Position numbers and translations under genes: made by a program. Shown here piece by piece: positions 38,717-50,892 of a stretch of DNA of 64,000 nucleotides (positions are counted from its first letter, which is position 1; every line of letters begins with the position of its first letter). Below the pieces are notes generated by a model, which saw only the letters and a list, made by a program, of their open reading frames with translations, was not told where the DNA came from and searched no databases. The DNA is from Octopus vulgaris (taxonomy: Eukaryota): NCBI GenBank assembly GCA_951406725.2, contig OX597818.1:55738001-55802000 (forward strand), written 5' to 3'.

Positions 38717-39984
38717 TCAGGTTGAGTAAAAAGTAAGCAACATTTTGAACCATGAAGAATTTGTACTGGATTTTTGCAGAGTTTTGAATTTTTTAAAGCA
38801 TTTTTTTTTGCAGTTGTCTGATCATAAAGACATAGATTTACCCAAATGCATCAATAAATTAACATTGATTTTTTTCACTGTTGTTACAATCATCTGAAAT
38901 GGAATTGTCAAAGCACGATATTCAAGCAATTTTGCTATTCAACTCCAAAAAAGGATGTAAAGCAGCTGAAACTGCTCATGATATCGACGAAACGTTTGGT
39001 GAGGAAATAACCAGTGAGTGGTCAACTCAAAAATGGTTTAGATGATTTCACTGTGGCGACCTGAGCCTTGAAGATTTTGAGTATAGTGGATGCCCACTTG
39101 TCATCGATGATGGATAATCAAAGACTGTCATTGAGAAAGATCCACATAAAACCACTCGAGAACTGGCAAAAGAACTTCAAGTCAGCCAGAAAATTGCCTG
39201 CAACCATTTCCATGCAATCGGAAAATCAAAAAAACTCAACAAATGGGTACCACATGATTTGAATAAAAATCAGCAAATGTGCAAATATGAAATTTGCTTG
39301 TCACTTCTTCTCCATAACCAGACCAATCCATTTCTCAACTGTATTTTAACTTGCAATGAAAAGTGGATTCTGTACAATAATAAAAAATGTTCTTCGCAGT
39401 GATTGGACCAAAATAAAGCTCTGAAAACCTTCCCTGAATCCGAGCTCTTCAAAAAGAAGGCTATGCTGACTGTTTGGTGGTGTACTGCTGGACTCATCCA
39501 CTATAACTTCTTAAAACCCAGAAAAACCATTACTGCAGAAACATATTGCTATGAAATTGCCAAAATGAACAAAAAACTGACATTCCTCCATCCCCAGAAG
39601 AGGGCCAATCATTCTTTGTAACAATGCTTGATCACACGTTTCACTAATGATGCTTCAGAAGTTGAGGGTACTTGGCTACGAAGTTCTTCCCCACCCAGCT
39701 TATTCACCAGACCTTTCTCCTACCAACTACCACTTTTTCAAGTGCCTTGATAGTTCCCTGCAAGAGGGAGTTCAAAAATCAAACCGATGCTGAAAGTGCA
39801 TTCAAAGAGTTCATCAGCTCCAGAACTCCAGATTTTTACATTACCGGAATAAACAAATTTGTAACTCAGCAAAAATGTGTTGATTATAATGGTTTTTACT
39901 TTGATGAATAGAATTTTCGCATTGTTGAAATATATTCTGATGAATTTCATGTTTCAAAACGTTACTACCTTTTACTCAGCCTAA
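38717..39984 (+). mobile_element. Full-length decayed mariner (Tc1/mariner) DNA transposon
   Basis: TA target sites (38715-38716, 39985-39986); TIRs of about 35 bp, TCAGGTTGAGTAAAAAGTAAGCAACATTTTGAAC versus the reverse complement of the right end; length about 1.27 kb. Confidence 0.92.
38899..39912 (+). pseudogene. Mariner transposase pseudogene
   Basis: MELSKHDIQAILLF...KAAETA, WVPHDL, TCNEKWILYNN and YSPDLSPTNYHFF motifs; multiple stops and frameshifts. Confidence 0.9.
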
Positions 39985-40643
39985 TATTTTGAGGTGATGC
40001 ACCATGGGATTGAACCCGTAATAACATGAGAGAATGCTTTCACCAGACTGCTATGCTTGTACCATTCTATATTGTATTTATAAAATCTTAAAAGGGCTGA
40101 TAAATTCAATTTTGTTTTGATATAAATGTCATTGTTTTATATAGAAACCTTGATTTGCTTTGATTTTGCTGCCCTATTTTTATCATTACAATGATGAGTA
40201 AAGTTTAAGGAGTTAAAAAAAAAGTAATGAAACTCATGAAAATATATATATTCTTTGTTTCAATATCTCTCCATTTAATAGATTATGTCACTTTATCTTC
40301 TAGAAATAGCAGCTAAATTTCCCTCATAACTTCCTACCATTTTAAAGATTGCTGGACACATTCAATAATTTAGGCCTAGATACATTACGCCTAAGAAGGA
40401 AGAAGGAAAAACAGAAGGGTTACTGCTGGAGCACTTTGAACAGAGGATCTGCATAATGAGGACTTACCTAGGACCCAATTACAGCAACTCCTCTATTGTT
40501 CTGGCTTGGTACAAAAGTAACTTACATATATGAAGTTTTGACTATTCACATCCATTTTAATTTTTAACTCTTCTACAGAATTAATATTAGATTGCTGTCA
40601 CTTTGCCTAGCTTTTTGCCTTCGCATTATAATCAGATGACTAA

Positions 40644-41078
40644 GGCCAATGAACTGGCAGAAACGTTAGCACGCCGGGCAAAATGCTTAGCGGTATTTCG
40701 TCTGTCTTTATGTTCTGAGTTCAAATTCTGCTGAGGTCGACTTTGCCTTTCATCCTTTTGGGGTTGATAAGTTAAGTACCAGTTGCATACTGGGGTCGAT
40801 CTAATCAACTGGTCACCTCCCCAGAAATTTCCGGCTTTGTGCCTAGAGTAGAAAAGATTATTTAGATGGTGAGCTGGCAGAAATGTTAGCATACTGGGCA
40901 AAATGCTTAGCAGTATTTCATGTCTTTATGTTCTAAGTTCAAATTCCACCAAGGTCAACTTTGCCTTTCATCCTTTCGGGGTCAAGAAATTAAGTACCAG
41001 TTGCATACTGGGGTCGATCTAATCAACTGTCCCCCTCCCCCCAAAATTTGGGGCTTTGTGCATAGAGTAGAAAAGATT
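40644..41078 (+). mobile_element. Two head-to-tail SINE family B monomers (tail-2)
   Basis: Two complete head-core-tail-2 units; flanking repeat AGATGACTA. Confidence 0.85.
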
Positions 41079-41428
41079 GTAATAAGATGACTATGTCAGT
41101 TTATCATCTCCACTATTTTTGTGCTAGAAAGAAGAAAAGTTCCCCTCTTCAAGATATGTGTGTGTGTGTGTGTGTAATAAATATATGATGTTGATTCAGA
41201 TGGAAGATGGTTTGTAGAATTTTAAATAATTACACTTTTTTTTTTGTATCTCCTACTTTAGTGTAAAAACATCAATAGACTTGTCTCCACAGAGTTAAGT
41301 GATAGTAGGAAAACATATTCTTTATCTGACAATTTTTTTTTTCTTCTTTTCTGCTCTAATCTCTTAATTATGTCATCATAGCTTTCTACCCTTTTAACAT
41401 GTTCCCTTACTGTTACTCTACAGATAAC

Positions 41429-41471
<43 letters not shown>

Positions 41472-41879
41472 TACTACTACTACATCTTTTGTCTGTCATC
41501 ATCACTCATTATATCTCTTTATTTTTTTTTTATCATTTTCTAAATTGTTCTTCATTTTAAAGGATGTTTTTTTTTTTACTACCTGGGAGGTCTGAAGCAG
41601 TTAGCTTCAGTTTAATGCTTTACCTATGATCAGAAATATTGGAGAATTATTTCTTCACTTTACATATTCGAATGTATTCTAATTACATTATTTATGTGAA
41701 AAAAAAAAAACAAAACATTTTAATGTATCATTAACTTTTATTACTGTGAAACTAATCCTTCATGTTAAAAACAAAACAATATAGAGAAAACAAATAGCTA
41801 CATTTGGGTGAATTTTAGTTCATTTCATTTTTTTGTTTGGTTTCTAACTTGATATATTTATTTTTACAATAAATATTGC

Positions 41880-42464
41880 CTTACTGATTATAAAACAATA
41901 AGACAATACCTGAATACGAAGATTGTTTGCCAACATAACATAACTGTCCCAGTCTAGGACAAATGTTGCTGTCATTTAGCCCCAGGAGACATCATCTCCA
42001 GCTGGCTATATGACACGATCTGTGTCCTTATATTTTCAAACAAGGGAATCTAGCACCCCCACTCAGCTCAAAACAATATCTATGTATCGTGATTTCCAGG
42101 TTATTTCCCTTCATTAGCGCAGAATAAGTGTTCGGCTAGAGATGACGCTGCTAAATTCCTGTTCAAAATATATAGTTTTCACAGTAACAACTAGTCACTG
42201 ATTTATAAATTATTACAATTTTTAAATCTCACAACGTGAGATATTCAGCAACAGTACTTTGTAGTAAAGATTGATTGCCAACATAACATGGCAGTCCTGG
42301 TCTAGGACAAATGTTGCTGTAATTCAGCCCCGTGAGACATCGTCTCCAGCTGGCTATATGACACAATCTGTGCCCTTACATTTTTGAACAAGGGAATCTA
42401 GCACCCCCACTCAGCCCAAAACAATATCTGTGTATCGCAATTTCCGGGTTATTTCCCTTCATCA
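41880..42464 (-). repeat. 348-bp partial tandem repeat with a hammerhead-ribozyme-like motif (retrozyme / Penelope pseudo-LTR-like)
   Basis: 41919-42116 aligns with 42267-42464 (period 348); minus-strand motifs at 42079-42123 and 42427-42464. Confidence 0.7.
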
Positions 42465-42602
42465 TGAATATGAGTTTTAAATAAAATTTGCTTTCTCTTA
42501 GATTTAAAATAATCAATGGAAAATGGTTCTAATTAATATAAATTTTAATTATCTGAATTGAGTGAGTACAGTTGAAATGATGCTGTAGCCTACTTGTGTA
42601 GT

Positions 42603-42905
42603 GTTGTTGTTGTTTGTCCCTTCTCAAGCCATGCCTGGCTCATATGGGCCAGTTTCAATGGTGTATAGGTTCCCCTCCTGGACAGGACACTGGCCCATTG
42701 CTGGTGAACTGCTAGATGCAGGAGGTAGGAGTGAGTGACAGTTGTGGCAAAAGAGTCAGCAGAAGTTCGCCATTACTTTCTGCCAGAGCTGTGTAGAGCT
42801 TAGGTGTTTCACTCATAAACACAGACATCACCTGATCTGAGATTTGAACCTACGATCCCTCAACTGCGAGTCCGCTGCTCTAACCTGCAGATCATGTGCC
42901 TCCAC
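42603..42905 (-). mobile_element. SINE family F
   Basis: Reverse copy of 22569-22864; 11-bp TSD ACTTGTGTAGT (42592-42602, 42906-42916). Confidence 0.88.
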
Positions 42906-44819
42906 ACTTGTGTAGTAGACGTAATATATAATTTGATTTTACATCACCTGGTCCCAGGTTCCTTTTAGCAGAGTCCACTTGGTTACATGCATTTGAGCAA
43001 AGGTCAGCCTTCTGTAATGATGATACTGACACTCAGTGCAGGCTGTGAAGTGTTTGATGACTGAACAGAAATATCATAGGAGTAAAGTAGACTCCTTCAT
43101 CTTGCCAAGTACAGGGTAAATTTTCTAGTGCTGGTGCCATGATAAAATGCACCCAGTATAATCTATAAAGTGGCAGGTGATGGGGAAAGATATGCAATCA
43201 TAAACCATGCCAAAAATTGGAATGTATGAATGAGACATGATCCATGATTCATCTAGGCAGGCAGTACTCCAAATAAAAATCGACTCAGTCCATGACAACC
43301 AGTCCATCCCATCACAGCATGGAAAAAGCATGTTGATAATGATGAGGATAGACTATTCAGCTAATATCAAATGTAGGCTACACATTTGTTTAATGTTTGC
43401 AATCAGACATTATCCATAAATATGAACAGACTATGAATTAGCTGTTAAGATTTTCACGATCATTATTCTATTTGTGTATAATCTAATGTCTATGTGGATT
43501 AGGAGTGTTAGTTACATAGGTTTTGGGATTGGGAAGAACCACCCATTAACAAAGCAATAGATGTATGAATATTTGTTGACATATTGAGAGAGTCAGATAC
43601 TTTGATAATCACCATATAAGGGTGTGTTGGGTGCATTACTGATGAATGAATAACAGAGAATAATCAGATGCTGAATGTATACAGTAAGATTTTTCTAGTT
43701 GAATAAGGACAGAATTATCATTGTCTTTTAAATCAATCAAAAATACTTTGAAATAGGTTAGTACATAGAGTAAAGAATAATCTTTTTTACAATTTGTTGC
43801 TTAGTAATTCTTCTGCAGGTGCATGAAATTAAAAGTTTCAGAAGTGTTAAGCCTTTTGATATTTATGTCTGGTTTTATATATAAAATGCATTTTTAGTTT
43901 TCAATGTAAATTGGTTATTTTACATATTGTAACTTGTATGATTTTTGTTTCCTAATTGTTTTAGAAGGATGTTTTGGATGTATTCTAAAATGGTTAAGAG
44001 ATTGAATATGTTTGCATCTTCATACCCTTATCTTTCCATTTCTATTGTTGCATATTTTTGTTATTGTTAGCAGAGGGAGAACTGAATTAAGTATAAAAAG
44101 ATGTTAAAAATTAGTGTTGCCAGTAAAATATTTTTGACGCTAGATTTAGTATTGTATTGTACAGCAAGAATATTAGCACACACACACACACACACCCATC
44201 CATCCAACCCATGCCAGCATGGGTTGGATGGATGAATTTATAGACATATAAGTAGTCACAAAAATGTTGTGTTATATATATATTATATATATGTGAAAAC
44301 AGGCATTATACTTGAGCTACTTCAAGTTTCATGTTCAGTTAGTGCAGTTGTCAGACTTATATAGTGTATCTTGCATGATCTGGCAATCAGTCGGGCTCAG
44401 TCAGCATTAATACTCCACAAGGAAATGCAAGAAAAGCAAAATAGAAGCAAAACATTAGACATTTTTAGGGAAATGGAATAATTCCATATTTTTAATTTTG
44501 GTCATGCCCCTTTAACCTGTTAAATGAAGGATATTGTTGATTTTGGCTGTTTACATCTAAATATATATATATTCAGTGGAAGTAATTGTATGAAGAAAAG
44601 GATAAAGTGAATTTAACAGTGTGCTAATTCAGTGGGTGGAAGGCTGGGGGGTTTCTTCCAGTTTGATAATAAAAACTTGTCAAGATGTATACATCTCAAC
44701 AAGATTCCGTTATTGAAGTGGAAAAACATAATAGAGATTCCATGGACAGAATTATTCTCTTTCTCTCAAAACTTTTCTTAACATTTTCCCTCATATTTTC
44801 ATTCTTATTTTTCCCTCAG

Positions 44820-44903
44820 AAGCAAGATTGCTATGTTAGAGTTACTGAGAGATTCAATGATTTAGAAGATTTGTTAGATGCTAATTCAGATGTATTAGCA
44901 AAG
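44820..44903 (+). CDS. HSF2BP: Internal coding exon of the HSF2BP/MEILB2 homologue (KQDCYVRVTERFNDLEDLLDANSDVLAK)
   Basis: Long polypyrimidine acceptor ...TTTTTCCCTCAG and donor AAG|GTTTAA; 84 nt, phase 0-0, in frame with the next exon; coiled-coil-like peptide. Confidence 0.72.
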
Positions 44904-45126
44904 GTTTAATTTCTATGCTTTTTTTAAAATAAAGTCATTAACATAATTTTTTCTTATTTATTTTCATTTGGCAACACCAGTTAATTAGATAGTTTTCATT
45001 GAAATAATTTTTTCATGTATTTGAAAAGGAATAACATTTTCATTGAAAGTTTATCTTTAGTGAACAATTATTACAATTTTGACAGTATCTGAAATAATTT
45101 AACTCATTCCATATTTCACATTTCAG

Positions 45127-45276
45127 CGTAACCTTCAATTGTCTCAGCAAGTCCGAGAACTGAGTGAACAGATTAATCAACAATCGGATTATACCTCAAG
45201 TTTAGGATCAGCTTGTTGTACTTTGTTATGGAGAGTGTCACGTTCTGAGGAAAGCATTCAAGCCATACTAGTGGGA
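45127..45276 (+). CDS. HSF2BP: Internal coding exon of heat shock factor 2-binding protein (HSF2BP/MEILB2) homologue
   Basis: Acceptor CATTTCAG and donor GGA|GTAAGT, 150 nt. Peptide QQSDYTSSLGSACCTLLWRVSRSEESIQAILVG matches the recalled vertebrate HSF2BP motif QQAEYCTEMGAAACTLLWGVSSSEEVVKAILGG. Confidence 0.88.
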
Positions 45277-45883
45277 GTAAGTTGTTATCAAATTTTACTA
45301 CTTAAAAATACTGCCTTTTTAAAATGTATTTTCTTTTAGAAGAAAGAGGAGGACCCATACACTTTCCAAGTATTCCATGACTGAAGATCAAATTTAACTG
45401 TGATGGTGGGAGAATTACTGGGGTTAATGTTTTGAAAGAATTTTTTAGGTTATGGGTTATGTAAAAAAAAACATTGGAAAAAGTTCTAGAGGGATGCAAT
45501 TGCAGAAAATATTTGTTTATGTAGTTTTGAGGATATGGATGAGAGATTGATGAGGCAAGGGTATGTGAACTGGACAGTTTTAGTAAGTAAAATTTTGCTT
45601 CATTATTGACAGTGGGGTGGGGTTTTATTTTGTAAGTTACATTATATTTGTTCAGTACGTCATCTCTGCTAAAGTATTCTAAAATGGATGCTATAGTGTT
45701 ACCTCAATACTTTTACATTCACAAAATTGTTACCAGAATGTACAAACAAAAAAAAAAGAAAAGAAATAACTAAATGGAAATGAATGTATTTGTTAAAAAT
45801 TGCAGTTGTACAATTCCTGGAGCAAGTTATAGACCATCATCACTTTGTGGAAGGCATCTATGCATCAATACTGCCTCTGCAAG

Positions 45884-46050
45884 CAGGGCTGGCTCAAGGT
45901 ACCAGCAACTCAGGCAATCACCCAGGGTACCATGTGCTTTTTAGTTGACATTTTCAGTTTTTCTCCTTGTGAAAGTTTTAAACAATTATACCTGTAAGGG
46001 CACTGAAGTTCAGCTTGTTCAGGGCACCAGTAGTCCTAGGGCCAGCCCTG
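45884..46050. mobile_element. hAT-superfamily MITE
   Basis: TIRs CAGGGCTGGC / GCCAGCCCTG; 8-bp TSD TCTGCAAG / CCTGCAAG. Confidence 0.85.
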
Positions 46051-46621
46051 CCTGCAAGACTACCATAAAACTGCAAAAGATGTGCCTTTGTGTATAAATA
46101 TTACCTAGTAGTGTAAAAGCTCTCCTGCTTCCTATAATTCAATTGGTTCTAATCCTTTGTCAGAGGATCTCTTTCAATTGTATAGAATTCTTGTATTCAC
46201 AGTTTCTCAACCAATATGATTTTGTAAACAGCACTTCTTCCCTGCCACCACAAAACCCCCTTCACATTTGCTACTTGTTTTGTTCTCAACTAAACATTCA
46301 TCAAAACTCCCCTTTGTTTCACCATCAGTTCCCTATCAATAACTCATGCATATAGTTGCCATGTCTTAAAGATTTCTTGGTTCTAGTCTAATAAGGTATT
46401 AGAGTGGGGAAACATCATCCATTGTCTGGTTGGACAGCTTTTATCAGGATCCAGCAAGCTGCAAGGCTACAGTGAGCTTCAATGTCAGCTTGGCATGGTT
46501 TTCTACAGCTAGATACCTTTCCTGACAACATTGCCGGGGAAAACTTTTTAACAGATAAATTGCCTCTCTATGAGCTACATGTATTTCTCATTTCTTGGAT
46601 TGGCCTTTTCTTATCAGACTA

Positions 46622-46668
<47 letters not shown>

Positions 46669-46943
46669 ATCAATACTCTTACCAAATATCTGGGTTAATT
46701 TGGGTGTTTTGGTAACATATAATCATCCACAGTTACAGGTGTTTGGAAATTTTGGATAATTGAAACAAATGCTTTTATAGATATTATCCTTTCTAACTCT
46801 AATTGCTCAACTGGAAAGGTACCTTTTCAGGTGACCATCACTAATTTCCTCAGATTCTCTATTTTTACCTTTTCTTTTAAAGTTGTTTTGGCAATTTGTT
46901 GCATCCCATTTCTGTCCTTGTTGCCACTGCAGTTTATCTATTA

Positions 46944-47331
46944 CTAGCAGTATCGCCCAGTGTTGCTCGGGTTTGTAAGGGAAATAACTATATAAGCATT
47001 TTTAGAGAGTTATAGCAAAAAAATGCATTAAAAATGGCAAAAAAATGATGGTGAATTTTTTTTTAAATCGTTGACTCATCGTAGACATTTTTAGAGAGTT
47101 ACTTCCCTTATATAATAGCGAAAAAATGCATTAAAATGGAAAAAAATGATGGTAAATTTTTTTTTAAAATCGTAGACTCATCATAGACGCGCGCTAATAC
47201 CCAGAAGGGCTCGATATGAATCACGACTATAAGATACCCGGTTTTGGTTAAACTGCACCGCAAAATGTGGGAGTAGTTAGGAATCTAAATCGTAGGAGAC
47301 AGATACACAACTTCACTTTTATATATAAAGA
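46944..47331 (-). mobile_element. Non-autonomous Helitron
   Basis: Minus strand 5' TCTTTATATATAAAAGTGAAGTTG, 3' CCCGAGCAACACTGGGCGATACTGCTAG, A|T insertion site; internal ~100-bp duplication at about 47005-47190. Confidence 0.85.
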
Positions 47332-47603
47332 TTATTTTTGTGTTGTTGGATGTTTATTCTTACATGGTTGAAAGTATCAACAAATCTACTCTAAGAATTC
47401 CTCTTTCAGATGACCTCCTAAACAATATATTATATACTAAGGTTTCAATCCATGCTATACCTTTATTGCAATGAATTTTTTTCTTCTACTTTTTAACTCT
47501 TGCTTTAAACCTGTATAAAGCCTATGATATTAAGATTGAGGCACTGATGCAATCATTCCATAATTTCTTCAGCTCATTTTTTTTCTCTTTCTTCTCTTTT
47601 TTT

Positions 47604-47805
47604 CTCTTTTTTACTTGTTTCAGTCATTTTGACTGCGGCCATGCTGGAGCACCGCCTTTAATCGAGCAACTCGACCCCCGGGACTTATTCCTTTTAAGCC
47701 CAGTACTTATTCTATGGGTCTCTTTTGCCGAACCGCTAAATGATGGAGACATAAACACACCAGCCTTGGTTGTCAAGCAATGCTAGGGGTACAAACACAG
47801 ACACA

Positions 47806-47881
<76 letters not shown>

Positions 47882-48051
47882 CATACATATATACGACGGG
47901 CTTCTTTCAGTTTCTGTCTACCAAATCCACTCACAAGGCATTGGTCGGCCCGAGGCTATAGTAGAAGACACTTGCCCAAGGTGCCACGCAGTGGGACTGA
48001 ACCCGGAACCATGTGGTTGGTAAACAAGCTACTTACCACACAGCCACTCCT
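47604..48051 (-). mobile_element. SINE family A
   Basis: Collinear, with expanded (CA)n(TA)n tract. Confidence 0.9.
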
Positions 48052-48271
48052 TCTATTTATTTTTTGAATAAATAGATTTACTATATTTGCAATATTGTAT
48101 GTACTATGATATGCTTCACTCAATGGAATGCAGTTCTCCTTTGAAATGATAACATGGTTTATCAATATTGTATTTGTATATAGGCTTCTATTTTCTCTTG
48201 CAAAAATTTTGTATTTTTGTAGGGAAGTTGTTGCTGTTGCTTTAATGTTCACTTTTCAATGTTTATATATA

Positions 48272-48504
48272 TATTTCTTTACTACCCACAAGGGGCTAAA
48301 CATAGAGGGGACAAACAAGGACAGACAAAGGGATTAAGTCGATTACATCGACCCCAGTACGAAACTGGTACTTTATTTATTGACCCCGAAAGGATGAAAG
48401 GCAAAGTCGACCCCAGTGGAATTTGAACTCAGAATGTTACGACAGACGAAATACTGCTAAGCATTTCACCCGGCACGCTAACATTTCTGCCAGCTCACCG
48501 CCTT
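48272..48504 (-). mobile_element. SINE family B monomer with tail-1
   Basis: Flanked by imperfect direct repeat TCAATGYTTATATATAT. Confidence 0.88.
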
Positions 48505-49679
48505 TATCAATGCTTATATATATGAGGCAGATGGAATTTGTTAAGGCAGATTTTCTATGACTTGATACCCTTCCTGTTTCCAAGTAAAGCAATATTTTCC
48601 CATGGGTAGAAGTGTTTTCACAGAAGATTAGAAACAAGGGACACTACTTGTAAGATGCTGACAATCATTTACAATAATCACATGATATCAAGACTAGGAC
48701 ACTCACACTTGTGTGCATATATGATGGGCTTCTTTCAGTTTCCATTTACAATTTACATTCACAAGGCTTTGGTTAACTTGGGACTATAATAGAAGACACT
48801 CCAAGTGCTATGCAATAGGAATAAATCTGAAACCATGTGGTTAGGAAGTAAGATACTTAATCACCCTTCATCTTTCAACTGTACTCTTTATTGAGCCCCT
48901 ACTTCATTCAAATGTTTGGATCTATTAATCTTACAAAAAAGCTCTACAAGGCACCCTCTCATCATCATTGGTGTTAGCACTAGTTGTCTTCCTGCATCAA
49001 CATCACTAGTCTAAAAGAGTCTACAAATATTATAGGCACAACCCTTCTACGTCAGATTAAATCTATAATAATAAACACAAAATTCTGTCTGTCTGGGACC
49101 CTTGTATCTCAGTCTACATTTGGTCTACATAGACATATTATACCTTTACCTTTTTTGGAATCAGGATGATCCTGGGATTGAAAATCTGCCCTTCATTTGG
49201 TTCTTGAACATCCAGTATTGAGATCTGATTTAAAAGCATTTGGGCTGCTAATTTTAGCAGGTAAAGCTTTGTTGATTCACACCATCTTGATTGGTGTTTG
49301 TCAGATGATGTCAGAGATCAATGGGAAGATAAATGACGTTCACATTGTTAATTTTATGTTGTGATAAGACAAATTGGCCAACAGTTGGAATTCAACTTGG
49401 GACTAGAACAATAGAATTATTGCATTACAGAATTAATTCTCATCTGTCCTTAACCTCTGATCAAAAACCACTGGGGCATATAGTCGTTATAGATGTATTA
49501 TAGTCCTGCTATCTAGCTCTCTTTTGTTTTGGGCTACAGGCCCAATTAGCCTTCCACAGAAACTAGCTTAAAAGTCCACATGGAGTGTGGCTTTTAAGCT
49601 AATCTCTTATCTCTTATGATAAAAGGCAGATTTTCTCTGCCTGTTCTCATGTTCCTTTTTAATACAATTCTACAATATA

Positions 49680-50140
49680 GAATTTCTTCAATTGGAATTT
49701 ACCTACGATTTTTACAAGTAGATTCGATTGGGTCATGGCATATAAAGTTTTTTCAATTTGACCCCCAATTAAGCAAAAATTTGAGAAAAGTAAATATTTT
49801 ACGATTTGCCTCTCTAATTTCAACTGCTTCACTCATGCTATTACCATAATTTCTCCTACTTTCTCTTTGCAAGTGTACCTTAAATCACTACTCAAAAAAA
49901 TACAGAGCAAACAGAAACAAAGTAAATACATAACGATTTACTCCTCACACAATTTCTTCAATTGGAGTTTACCTATGATTTTTCCAAGTACATTCCATTC
50001 GGTTATGACATATAAATTTCTTTTAATTTCACCCCCAATTAAGCAAAAATTCAAGAAAACTCAATATTTTACGATTTCCCTCTCTCACTTCAAAGGCTTT
50101 ACTCCGCCTATTACCACACTTACTCCCACTTTCTCTTTAC
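49680..50140. repeat. Diverged ~270-bp-period tandem duplication, possibly Helitron-internal
   Basis: AATTTCTTCAATTGG...ACCCCCAATTAAGCAAAAATT...ACTTTCTCTTT at about 49681-49868 and 49951-50138; preceded by a Helitron-like 5' end at about 49602. Confidence 0.75.
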
Positions 50141-50369
50141 ACACATAGACACGCAAACATATACATATATGACAGTGTCAATTGTTGAAAGAAAATTGTA
50201 AGCTAAGGTGTGTGTGCGTGTGTGTGTGCGTGCGTGTGTGTGTGTGTGTCTGTGTGTGTCTGTGTGTGTGTAGGAAGTGAAGGATAAAAATATGGCAAGA
50301 AGTGGACAGATGTACATATATACATACATACATCCATACATATATGTGTGTGTATGTGTGTGTGTGTTA

Positions 50370-50753
50370 TCTCTATATAAAGCTGAAGTTGACTGTGTGC
50401 GCCAGGTTTGGTAGCCTTCATGTAACACTATCTCCTCCAAGACCCTGTGGCGCAAGTTGACCAAAATTGAGAGTATGATAGAAGGGTTGCTCTTCCTTCC
50501 GTAGAAGATAAAATTCAAATCGGACCATGTTAACACCAAAAATTATTTACATCAAAAAGGTGTTTTTTTCTATGAAAATCCCTATTTTTTATGATTTTTT
50601 CACTGCTGTGTCGCCACTTTTCGGTGTATTTCAACCAGAAAAATGTTCACTTGAAGAGAATAACAAGCTACATAATGCAAAATTTTTACTTTTCAAAAAT
50701 TCCAATTCCAGCAGGTCGAAACAAACCCGAGCAACGCCGGGCGATACTGCTAG
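50370..50753 (+). mobile_element. Non-autonomous Helitron
   Basis: 5' TCTCTATATAAAGCTGAAGTTG, 3' CCCGAGCAACGCCGGGCGATACTGCTAG, A|T insertion site. Confidence 0.87.
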
Positions 50754-50892
50754 TACTGAATAAAAAAGAAACAACAAGCATTTTCTCTATTACTCAGAAA
50801 TGATATTCTTACTGTTAATAATATAACTTGCATAGTTTCATAGAACTTTCATTGTAGAATTGGCTAATTTATCATATTTGAATAATGTTTAA

